Assembly (NCBI GenBank): GCA_964480775.1
Contig: CAYZRF010000017.1
Location: forward strand, 7,305 to 39,304
Direction: 5' to 3'
DNA: 32,000 nt
From: an uncultured Nitrososphaerota archaeon
GTDB lineage: Archaea > Korarchaeota > Korarchaeia > Korarchaeales > Korarchaeaceae
Part shown: piece by piece, positions 7,671-15,713 of the stretch
Numbering within the stretch: position 1 is the first letter of the stretch
Layout: each line of letters opens with the position of its first letter
Position numbers and translations under genes: made by a program
Notes under the pieces: generated by a model
The model's input: only the letters and a program-made list of their open reading frames with translations
Told to the model about the DNA's origin: nothing
Databases searched by the model: none

Positions 7671-8844
7671 AGAACCCTCTCCCTGCCTCTCTACCCACCC
7701 AACCTCTCTTAACATAATCCTTTAAAATAGGGCATGGCTTGTAAATATCCTCTCCTCTCTCTGAGAACAGAGCTTCAAGCTTACTAACAACTTCCTCGAT
7801 TCCTAACTCATCTGCCAGTTCTAAGGGCCCTTTGGGCCAACCAGCCCCCAGTTTCATCGCTGTATCCACGTCTTTCGTTTCAGCCACCTCATCCATAACT
7901 ATCCAAGCGGCCTCATTCACTGCAACTGAAAGAAATTCTAAGGCATCATACTCTTTTGCCAGCTCTTTTGGTATGTTTGGTCTTCCTGCACTCCAATCAT
8001 AGAAACCTCTGCCTGTTTTCCTTCCTAAATTGCCTTGGGCAATCAGCTCATCTATGATAGGGCAGTACTTGAGCCTGTCTCCGTAAGCATCAGATAGGAT
8101 TCTCATTATCTCTGCCAGTACATCTAGCCCTATGTAATCGGCTAGCTCAAACAGACCCATTGGGAGTCTAGCACTATATTTAGCTGCAGCATCAATCTCC
8201 TCTTTCTTTGCTCTTCCTAGGTGAACGTCCCAAAACACCTTGTTAAACAATGCACCAAGTATCCTGTTCACGATGAAACCTCTGAAATCCTTCTTTACAA
8301 GCACCGGCGTCTTTCCTAAAGCTTTTGCAAGCTCCATTACTCTTCTAAGCGTTTCTTCACTTGTATAATCCCCTTTTATCACTTCAACTAAAGCCATAAT
8401 CTGAGGAGGGTTGAAAAAGTGCATTCCAGCGACTTTATCAGGTCTTCTGGTAATTTTTGAAATCTCGGTTATGCTAAGGCTTGATGTATTTGAGGTAAGG
8501 ATAGCCTCCCTTGGAGTTACCTGATCAAGTTTTTGAAATACCAATGTTTTGAGTTTCATTTTCTCTGGAACCGCCTCTATCGCTAGATCTACATCGGTTA
8601 GATCTTCATAGCTCGTTGTCGGCTTTATTCTGGAAAAAGAAGCCTCAGCTTCTTCTTTACCTATTTTACCTTTCTCCATGAGCTTATTAATGCTCCATTT
8701 TATTCTTTCCATGGCCTTATCAAGTATTTCATCGCTTATGTCGACGATGTATACTTTTAGTCCAGCCATGGCACAAAGCTGGGCAATACCATGACCCATA
8801 ACTCCAGCTCCCACAACAGCTACGGTTTCCACCTTCTTACCCAT
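7660..8844 (-). CDS. 3-hydroxyacyl-CoA dehydrogenase (NAD-binding; extended C-terminal domain)
   Basis: 394-aa ORF with the Rossmann motif VAVVGAGVMGHGIAQ, then the SNTSSL and HFFNPP motifs typical of the 3HCDH family. A second C-terminal 3HCDH_C-like repeat follows (WPKGPLELADELG). Confidence 0.9.
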   Translation of the reverse strand: MGKKVETVAVVGAGVMGHGIAQLCAMAGLKVYIVDISDEILDKAMERIKWSINKLMEKGKIGKEEAEASFSRIKPTTSYEDLTDVDLAIEAVPEKMKLKTLVFQKLDQVTPREAILTSNTSSLSITEISKITRRPDKVAGMHFFNPPQIMALVEVIKGDYTSEETLRRVMELAKALGKTPVLVKKDFRGFIVNRILGALFNKVFWDVHLGRAKKEEIDAAAKYSARLPMGLFELADYIGLDVLAEIMRILSDAYGDRLKYCPIIDELIAQGNLGRKTGRGFYDWSAGRPNIPKELAKEYDALEFLSVAVNEAAWIVMDEVAETKDVDTAMKLGAGWPKGPLELADELGIEEVVSKLEALFSERGEDIYKPCPILKDYVKRGWVGREAGRGFYVY

Positions 8845-9273
8845 TCAACCACCCTGTTCTTCCCAAGGCACAAACCTATAGGTCAAAGAACCATGTTCTT
8901 CTTTTGCTAAAAGCCTAACTTTCATGCCAATTGAGACGTGCTCTCCTTCGTACCAAGCTAAAACTTTGACACCTTCTTTCATTCTCGCAACAACTACTGT
9001 ATAAGGAGCTTCACCTGAAAAGCTAGCTGGTGCCGCCATTATCCTAGTATAAGTTTCGACTATGCCTTCACCGCTTAATTCAACCCACTCTACATCAGAA
9101 CTTAAGCAGGAAGGACATGTAGTTGAAGGGGGAAACCTTAACGTTTGACAGTTCTTACATCTTGTGGCTAAGACCTTTCCTTCCTTTAGACCGTTCCAAA
9201 ACTTTTCAATTCTCGATATAGGGATCCTGTACACCAAGCTCAAGGTTTTTGACGTTATAAATGGCTCGCTCAC
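8845..9273 (-). CDS. DUF35 family OB-fold/zinc-ribbon protein (thiolase-associated)
   Basis: 142-aa ORF with the zinc-ribbon CKNCQTLRFPPSTTCPSC followed by an OB-like region. It lies directly between the thiolase and hydroxyacyl-CoA dehydrogenase genes, with 6-nt and 0-nt gaps. Confidence 0.85.
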   Translation of the reverse strand: MSEPFITSKTLSLVYRIPISRIEKFWNGLKEGKVLATRCKNCQTLRFPPSTTCPSCLSSDVEWVELSGEGIVETYTRIMAAPASFSGEAPYTVVVARMKEGVKVLAWYEGEHVSIGMKVRLLAKEEHGSLTYRFVPWEEQGG

Positions 9274-9279
9274 TCTACT

Positions 9280-10443
9280 TCACCTTCCCAACACAGTCAC
9301 AAAACAATACTGCCCAGTTCCTCCAACATTATGAGCCAGGGCTATGTATTTATTCAAGGGAACCTGCCTACTAGGTTCCACTTCTTCCCTCAACTGTTTT
9401 GTGAGTTCAACTATCATTGAAATTCCAGTAGCTCCCAAAGGATGTCCTTTTGCCTTCAGTCCTCCATCGATGTTCACAGGGATTCTACCACCAATTTCGG
9501 TTTCTCCCTCTCTTATCAATTTCGCGCCTTCGCCCTTTTTGCAAAACCCCAAATCCTCATAAGCAAGGATTTCTGCTATGGTAAAGCAGTCATGAACTTC
9601 CGCTACCTCTATCTCTTTAGCTTCTACTTTCGCCATCCTGTAAGCCATTTGAGCTGCTTCCATACTAGATTGAAGCCCAATGAAATTAGTTCTGTTTACC
9701 ATTGTTGAAGTATCCGAAGATACTCCTATACCTTTTATCCAAACAGGGGTATCTACTCCTATCTCTTTTACCTTGTCCTTTGATGCTAAAACCACCGCCG
9801 CAGCCCCATCGCTTATCGGACAACAGTCATAAAGCTTAAGCGGCCAAGCGATCATTCTAGAAGAAAGTACATCCTCGACTGTTATCTCTTTTTGGAACTG
9901 AGCAAGGGGGTTCCTAGCACCATACTTGTGGTTTTTGACAGCAACAAGTGCTAGATCTTCTTCAGTAGTTCCATACTTTTTCATGTGGGCCGTGGCATAG
10001 AGGGCATAGTAAGCAGGGAAGGTAACCCCAAACTCATGAAATTCCCAGAAGTAGGATCCTGCTCTTCCTAAGATCTCTATCATGGTAGGAGTTTCTACCT
10101 CTGTCATCTTTTCTACTCCAAGGGCTACTGCTACATCAAACATTCCTGATGAGACAGCAAACCAAGCTGCATAGAAAGCGGCGCTTCCACTTGCACATGC
10201 CGCTTCGCACCTCATGGTTGCAATTCCTTGTAGTCCTGACTGTTCAGCCACTAGTACTGCAGGAGTGATGTCCTCGGAACTCAGCCCAAAGTTTCCCACG
10301 GAAAGAAATTTTATCTCTTTTTTATTCACGCCAGCGTTCTTAATAGCACTCTTCAGAGCATCTACGGATAGTTCGGAGAGGCTAGCATCTCTCCTTTTTC
10401 CAAACTTAGTTTGTCCAACCCCAATTACAGCTACTTCCTTCAT
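9280..10443 (-). CDS. Thiolase (acetyl-CoA C-acyltransferase, archaeal/SCP-x-like type)
   Basis: 387-aa ORF with the active-site Cys region RCEAACASGSAAF and C-terminal GHPLGATG and NVGGTGQ motifs. A Shine-Dalgarno sequence, AGGGGGGAA, lies upstream of the ATG. Confidence 0.9.
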   Translation of the reverse strand: MKEVAVIGVGQTKFGKRRDASLSELSVDALKSAIKNAGVNKKEIKFLSVGNFGLSSEDITPAVLVAEQSGLQGIATMRCEAACASGSAAFYAAWFAVSSGMFDVAVALGVEKMTEVETPTMIEILGRAGSYFWEFHEFGVTFPAYYALYATAHMKKYGTTEEDLALVAVKNHKYGARNPLAQFQKEITVEDVLSSRMIAWPLKLYDCCPISDGAAAVVLASKDKVKEIGVDTPVWIKGIGVSSDTSTMVNRTNFIGLQSSMEAAQMAYRMAKVEAKEIEVAEVHDCFTIAEILAYEDLGFCKKGEGAKLIREGETEIGGRIPVNIDGGLKAKGHPLGATGISMIVELTKQLREEVEPSRQVPLNKYIALAHNVGGTGQYCFVTVLGR

Positions 10444-10635
10444 TTGACAGCTATTCCCCCCTATTTTTGGTTGTTTAAAATTATTAGGGAATTGAAGCTT
10501 TTCATAGAAGGAAACTTCGTCGATGTGGGATCTCTTGAGCTTTTTGCATATAAATAATGCTATAAAGTGGTCCTATTTATGCTATCTTTTCTCTTAGAAG
10601 ATCTTAATCCTTATTACGCCACGTGTTGTGCAATT

Positions 10636-11535
10636 TCAGTAGAAGAATATCCTTCCTGCGGAAATAAGCTTCCTTACATCGTCTACAAACACTTCGACCC
10701 CTATAACCTTTGGTAGTTTTAGGAGGAAATCTCTCTCCGTTATTATGCCCTGTCCTTTTCCTACTATTAAGTGGCCAATTCCGTGCTTCCGCATCAGGGA
10801 GATCGCTTTTCCTATATCCTCAAGAGGATCGACAGTTACTATCTTCCTGGGATTTAAAGCTTGGAGCGGAGTTGCGTGCACTTCTTTCAGTCTTTTTTCC
10901 TTAAGCATTCCAAGCGTCTTCTCGCTGGAGTAAAAGGATATCAGGTCCATTATGGTCAAGATTCCTTTAAGACCCGTTGATGTCCTTAGAACTAATCTTC
11001 TTATATCATTGGAGATCATCACTTTTTGTCCTTCTATGACAGAGGCTTGGGGAGGAAGCGTTATCAAGCAGGGAGTCATGATTTCTCCCACTCTTACATG
11101 AGTTTCTACATCAGAAAAGAGGGCCATTAGATGCTTCTCGGATATTACTCCTACAACCCTTCCATTCTCGTCTAACACGGGAAGAGCGCCTATATCTCTC
11201 TCCATCATTAAGTCTACCACTTCAACCAAGGAATCATCTAATGAGCACCAAGGATATGGAAACATTATCGAATAAGCTGTCTCTTTCTCTAAAGCCGTAT
11301 ATAGATCCGAATTGTACTCCTCGACAACTTTGTTGAACCTTTCTCCTCCCCCCATAAAGTCTATTAGGTACTTGGCAGATACCACTCCTTCAAGCTTCCC
11401 TTCTTGATTTGCAACAATTGCATGCCTTACTTTCTTCTTATTCATTTCTAACATGACTTTTAGCAAGCTATCTTCTGGCTTAACCACTATAGCCGGCGGA
11501 TAACGACCCACCTTAAGTTCTCTAAGCGTTCTCAA
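10636..11535 (-). CDS. CBS-domain protein (four tandem CBS domains, i.e. two Bateman modules)
   Basis: 299-aa ORF with four repeats of the CBS pattern (for example VRHAIVANQEGKLEGVVSAKYL, IGALPVLDENGRVVGVISEKHL, IRRLVLRTSTGLKGILTIMDL, IGHLIVGKGQGIITERDF). The start codon is TTG at 11535. Confidence 0.8.
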   Translation of the reverse strand: MRTLRELKVGRYPPAIVVKPEDSLLKVMLEMNKKKVRHAIVANQEGKLEGVVSAKYLIDFMGGGERFNKVVEEYNSDLYTALEKETAYSIMFPYPWCSLDDSLVEVVDLMMERDIGALPVLDENGRVVGVISEKHLMALFSDVETHVRVGEIMTPCLITLPPQASVIEGQKVMISNDIRRLVLRTSTGLKGILTIMDLISFYSSEKTLGMLKEKRLKEVHATPLQALNPRKIVTVDPLEDIGKAISLMRKHGIGHLIVGKGQGIITERDFLLKLPKVIGVEVFVDDVRKLISAGRIFFY

Positions 11536-11867
11536 GAAATCTCCCCCAAGATATTGTATAAAATTTTTACAATCGCCTGCTTCGAGAGACTTAGTGCGCT
11601 ATACTTTCATTTAACTATTACGTCGCTATGTCACAATTCTAAAAGAAAATAAGGAGCCAAGCTTTATTGGAATGATTGTCCAAGGTGTGACGAAAATAAC
11701 TTGCCAAAATTTCATTTTTTGTGTTGATTTTAATAAGATCTTCATTGCCTTACATATACACTAAATCACAGTAAAAAGAAGATTAGAAAATCGGCATCCA
11801 AACAAATTCTAGGCATTGTCAGAAACGTATTAATCTTTTACCACACCTTGCAACTAAGGGATGTCCC

Positions 11868-12704
11868 TTGGTCGTGAAAGTAGGTTTTGTCAAGCTGGGG
11901 AACATAGGTTGTGCGCCTTTAATTGAGTTCTTACTTGATGAGAGAGCAGAAAGAGAGGACATTATAGTAAGAGTCTTAGGATCTGGTGCAAAGATGAGTC
12001 CAGAAGAAGCAGAGGAAGTTAGCAAAAAGCTCCTAGAATTCCAACCAGATTTTGTAGTTATAACAAGTCCAAACGCTGCCTTACCAGGCCCTACAAAGGC
12101 TAGGGAGATAATATCATCAAAGGTTCCTGTCATTGTAGTTTCGGATCTCCCAGCAAAGAAAATAATTCCTGACCTGGAGGAGAAAGGCATCGGATATATA
12201 ATAGTAGAGGCAGACGCTATGTTAGGGGCTAGAAGGGAGTTCTTAGATCCCATAGAAATGGCTTTATTCAATGCTGACTTGATTAAAGTTCTATCCATAA
12301 CAGGAGTCTATAATATCCTGTTTGAATCCATAGATAATGTCATTAAAGCTTTTAAAGAAGGTAAAAAGCCCGAACTTCCTCAAATTGTAGTGAAAGGAAA
12401 GAAAGCTGTAAAAGCAGCTGGATTTTCCAACCCATATGCGGCATCAAAGGCCTTTGCTGCCTTTGAAATCGCCAAAAACGTAGCTGATGTCACGGTAGCT
12501 GCATGTTTCAAGGAGAAAGATTGGGAGAAATACACCCTGTTATGCTCTGCAGCTCATGAGATGATGGCAACAGCAGCCAAACTTGCTTCTGAGGCACGAG
12601 AAATGGAAAAATGCGGTGATAAAGTGCTTAGAAAACCGCACTATGACGATGGAACCATCTTATTCAAGAGAGCTCTGATTGAAAAACCATCAAAGCCAGA
12701 ATAA
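11868..12704 (+). CDS. mtd: F420-dependent methylenetetrahydromethanopterin dehydrogenase
   Basis: 278-aa ORF that is collinear with Mtd as I recall it from methanogens: KLGNIGCAPLIEFLLDERAEREDI, ITSPNAALPGPTKAREI, GYIIVEADAMLGARREFLDPIEMALFNADLIKVL, NVADVTVAACF, SAAHEMM. The start is TTG at 11868, with GTG at 11874 as an alternative. Confidence 0.92.
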   Translation: MVVKVGFVKLGNIGCAPLIEFLLDERAEREDIIVRVLGSGAKMSPEEAEEVSKKLLEFQPDFVVITSPNAALPGPTKAREIISSKVPVIVVSDLPAKKIIPDLEEKGIGYIIVEADAMLGARREFLDPIEMALFNADLIKVLSITGVYNILFESIDNVIKAFKEGKKPELPQIVVKGKKAVKAAGFSNPYAASKAFAAFEIAKNVADVTVAACFKEKDWEKYTLLCSAAHEMMATAAKLASEAREMEKCGDKVLRKPHYDDGTILFKRALIEKPSKPE

Positions 12705-12715
12705 CTCTGACGTGA

Positions 12716-12735
12716 GGGCAGGATATATTCTGCCC
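12716..12735. terminator. Perfect 6-bp stem / 8-nt loop hairpin in the 36-nt convergent spacer between mtd and the MFS gene
   Basis: GGGCAG-GATATATT-CTGCCC can form on both strands. It is the only structured element between the two convergent stop codons. Confidence 0.35.
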
Positions 12736-12740
12736 ATATC

Positions 12741-13880
12741 TTACTTTTTCTCTTTAAGAAAGATTGATAGAATGCCACTAATCACTAAATTAAGAGCTAG
12801 AAAAATAAACAATGCTCTATAACCCGCTCTGTCAAGGAGAAATCCTCCAAAACCCGTTCCAAAAGATGCACCAATGAAGGTACCTGTGTTCTGAAATGCT
12901 AAGGCGGAAGCCCTTCTCTTCTCCGGAACTATCTGTGAGATTAAAGAAATTATAGGAGCAGGTACCAACGAGTTAACAAATCCAAAAAGAAGCAGGAAGA
13001 GCAGTATCGTTTTGTTTGAAAAGAAATAAGTTGAAATCATAAAGAGAGCTGAAACAAGGTTTGTAATAGATACTAAAAGCCCTTTATCGAACTTATCAGC
13101 AACGACGCCTCCAAATAGATTTCCGAGAAAGCCAACAGCTGGAATCACACTTGAGAAGACTGCCGCAATTTCAATGGAAAGCCCTCTTTCATTCACCAAA
13201 AATAAAGGCAGAAATGTAGAGAAGCCCATGACAGTCGTCATTCCTAAGAAGGGGACAAGGCAAGCTATGATGAACTTTAAGGAGATAAATCCCTCCTTGA
13301 CCTTGTCTTCTTTAACTTTATGCAAATCCTCTTGCAAGGTCAAAAAGAAGGCGATAGCTACAAGAAATCCAGGCAATGATAGCCCTATGAAAGCAAACCT
13401 CCATCCTCCAAGTAGAGCTATGGGAACGGATATTACTGGAGCTATAGCCGTCCCTATTGACGTTCCAGACATAAGAACTCCTATCGCTTTTCCTCTCTTA
13501 TCTGTTGGAAAGGCTGCTGAGATTGCGGACGTAATGGGGGGAAAGTAAGTACCAGCAAATAAACCGAATAATATCCTCAAAACAAGGAATTGTACAAAAC
13601 TTCTTGAAAACCCTATAAGGAGTGTAGCAGCAGAAAAAACAGCAATTCCTAAGGAGACAACTTTTCGAGATCCATACTTATCGCTAAGATAGCCAGCTGG
13701 TATCTGGGCTATTGCATAGCTTATCATAAACCCCGACATCAGTAGACCCGCCTGAGTATTGCTTATCCTCAAATCGTCCATTATCATTGGCAACAAAGGA
13801 GGTACCATCATCCTGTGAATGTAGCTTATAATCCAGCCTACCAAGCCTAAGATCAGTAAAACGAAACCATAGTTTTTCAT
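12741..13880 (-). CDS. MFS transporter
   Basis: 379-aa ORF that is hydrophobic throughout, with about 10-12 predicted helices by eye. An MFS motif-A-like loop, GYLSDKYGSRKV, follows TM2. Substrate is unknown. Confidence 0.85.
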   Translation of the reverse strand: MKNYGFVLLILGLVGWIISYIHRMMVPPLLPMIMDDLRISNTQAGLLMSGFMISYAIAQIPAGYLSDKYGSRKVVSLGIAVFSAATLLIGFSRSFVQFLVLRILFGLFAGTYFPPITSAISAAFPTDKRGKAIGVLMSGTSIGTAIAPVISVPIALLGGWRFAFIGLSLPGFLVAIAFFLTLQEDLHKVKEDKVKEGFISLKFIIACLVPFLGMTTVMGFSTFLPLFLVNERGLSIEIAAVFSSVIPAVGFLGNLFGGVVADKFDKGLLVSITNLVSALFMISTYFFSNKTILLFLLLFGFVNSLVPAPIISLISQIVPEKRRASALAFQNTGTFIGASFGTGFGGFLLDRAGYRALFIFLALNLVISGILSIFLKEKK

Positions 13881-13897
13881 TTGTGCCCAACACCTTT

Positions 13898-14785
13898 CTA
13901 ATGTGAATTATGCGAAATGTTTTTCGTTCTATTCTGATCACTCTTCCTTCTTCTTAATATAACTAGAGGGCGGTGTTCTACCTTCTCTAACATATTCCAG
14001 CTCACTCCAGTAAGAGATGTACCGAACTTATTTGCCATGTCCCATACGGTTGGTCCGGCTCCGTGGCCCCTTACCCTATCTGCTCTTTCAGCCATATCCA
14101 AGATCTCTTCAACATCGGCTTGCAGTCCACAAACGGCTATAGGAGTTGATCTACGCTTTAAGTGAAGGATCCTTCCTATAAAATAGGCTATAGGACCTAG
14201 ATCTCTAATTCCCTTGACAAAGCTTTTTCTTGGTGCTATGTGGTAGGATTTGAAAGAATAGGTCTTATCGCTGTCGACTATCATGACGGCCACATTTTTA
14301 CCGGTTTTCTTCAAGATTTGCTTCTTTATGTCCTCAGCCACCTGTTCTGCCTGCATTAGAGGTAAAGCAACGAAGGAATAGGCAACGTTGGACCCATCGA
14401 TACCTCCTTCCGATCCGTGTCTTAGCGCAGAGAACAGGCCGACCTCGTCAATGCAAACTTGCTTGTGTTGAGCACCCTCTGGAATAGGATAGTTCCTGAA
14501 TCTATTGATGTTCTCTCTCTTCATCCTTAGAATAGGACCTAAGAAAAGACCCCACACGATCTTCATCCAAAATAAAGCCAAAAAATATGCTAATATTCCA
14601 GGTTTTACCTTGCTTTCGTCAACTATGTTTCCTAAAGCCACAGAAATAGCTTTTTCAGATATTACAAGGATGTCTCCGTCTCTTAACTTAGGGCCTGCCC
14701 TTTTGATTATGTCATCTATATAGCTCGTATTTGGCCTCCAGTAACTCGTTTTGATGGCTATTGCTTTGAATTTTCGCAATTTCAT
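13898..14785 (-). CDS. CofE-like protein (F420-0:gamma-glutamyl ligase family, divergent)
   Basis: 295-aa ORF. GDILVISEKAISVALG, GGIDGSNV and VAVMIVDSD align with the CofE motifs GDVLVV.S.VISKAEG, GIDASNV and VGVIITDTN. It also carries a hydrophobic insertion, GILAYFLALFWMKIVWGLFLGPIL, that I do not recall in canonical CofE. Confidence 0.6.
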   Translation of the reverse strand: MKLRKFKAIAIKTSYWRPNTSYIDDIIKRAGPKLRDGDILVISEKAISVALGNIVDESKVKPGILAYFLALFWMKIVWGLFLGPILRMKRENINRFRNYPIPEGAQHKQVCIDEVGLFSALRHGSEGGIDGSNVAYSFVALPLMQAEQVAEDIKKQILKKTGKNVAVMIVDSDKTYSFKSYHIAPRKSFVKGIRDLGPIAYFIGRILHLKRRSTPIAVCGLQADVEEILDMAERADRVRGHGAGPTVWDMANKFGTSLTGVSWNMLEKVEHRPLVILRRRKSDQNRTKNISHNSH

Positions 14786-14910
14786 ATGAGTTCGCCATTA
14801 TCCACCAAAATATCGCCTATACGGAGCAAACTAATTCACAATAATAAGATTCACAGATCCTTTAAAGCTAAGCGCTCTTTATCCATTGGCCCATTTCGTC
14901 ATCATTTGAC

Positions 14911-15237
14911 TTAGCCAAATTCCTTTATCATAGAGTCTCCTGTGCTTTTTACACGTTCCCAGGTCCTTTCTAGCTCATCATCGTAAACTCCTCTCATTTT
15001 ACATCTTTCATATGTTTCTAAGAACTTGATGAAGCTCCTTAGGATTTCATGCCGTTGTACCCTCAAAACCTCAGAATCTACATTTATTTCCTTAATTAAA
15101 GCTCCACCAACTGGGATTCGATCTCCCAGTATGTCCATGAGAACTAGTTCTCCATTTTGATATGATGTCCTTACAATATCCTCAGCAATCTTTTCTTCTC
15201 CATCTTTTTCAGTCAGAATTACAGTAAATTCACACAT
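14911..15237 (-). CDS. cooT: CooT-family putative nickel-binding protein with a C-terminal helical extension
   Basis: The first ~62 residues, MCEFTVILTEKDGEEKIAEDIVRTSYQNGELVLMDILGDRIPVGGALIKEINVDSEVLRVQ, match the CooT pattern: Cys2, MCE..V.L...G.EE...EDV, DILG, I.EI. The remaining ~45 residues form an extra segment, HEILRSFIKFLETYERCKMRG.... Confidence 0.65.
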   Translation of the reverse strand: MCEFTVILTEKDGEEKIAEDIVRTSYQNGELVLMDILGDRIPVGGALIKEINVDSEVLRVQRHEILRSFIKFLETYERCKMRGVYDDELERTWERVKSTGDSMIKEFG

Positions 15238-15394
15238 CTCCCTTCAATCGCTATGTGAATTGATAAACCTTCTTGATCGTGTTAGGTCAAGGATGAGAAA
15301 GCTTTGGGGTATTCCCACGCCCTTTGGTGCTTATAAAGGGCCTTGAATACATAAAAAATCTTAAATTATTCAATACAAGCGAAACTAAAGGGAA

Positions 15395-15700
15395 ATGGAA
15401 AAGCTTAAGTCCTTAGATCCGGAATTAAAGCGATTTTTAGTAAATCTGGGGCAAGAACAGAGGTCCTCACTAAAATGGGACTTGCTCGGCTATCTTCTTA
15501 CCTTAAAAGCCAAGGCATGTGCTGGAGCTCCAATTGAACAAGTGAAACTCATGTTGTTATATTGGAAATATGATCTTTTGGAGTCTGATGAAGGCCTAGG
15601 AACTCTAATCGAAATATGCAAGGCATTAGATTCAGGAAAAACGGCAGAAATCTTAGCCAAAAATGGTCTAAATGAGCTTGCAGAACGTATTAAGGGGTAA
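15395..15700 (+). CDS. Hypothetical small helical protein, probably co-transcribed with mer
   Basis: 101-aa ORF with ATG preceded by AAAGGG. Its amino-acid composition matches the neighbouring genes. It ends 13 nt before the mer ATG, and the mer Shine-Dalgarno sequence lies in that spacer. I recognise no family. Confidence 0.45.
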   Translation: MEKLKSLDPELKRFLVNLGQEQRSSLKWDLLGYLLTLKAKACAGAPIEQVKLMLLYWKYDLLESDEGLGTLIEICKALDSGKTAEILAKNGLNELAERIKG

Positions 15701-15713
15701 AGGGGTGGAGACT

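Noticed and set aside
10636-11535. The 4xCBS protein as a possible dedicated regulator of the adjacent beta-oxidation operon.
   Set aside because: Stand-alone CBS proteins are abundant and generic in archaea. This one is separated from the thiolase operon by 192 nt containing its own promoter-like AT boxes. Nothing in the sequence ties it specifically to the operon.
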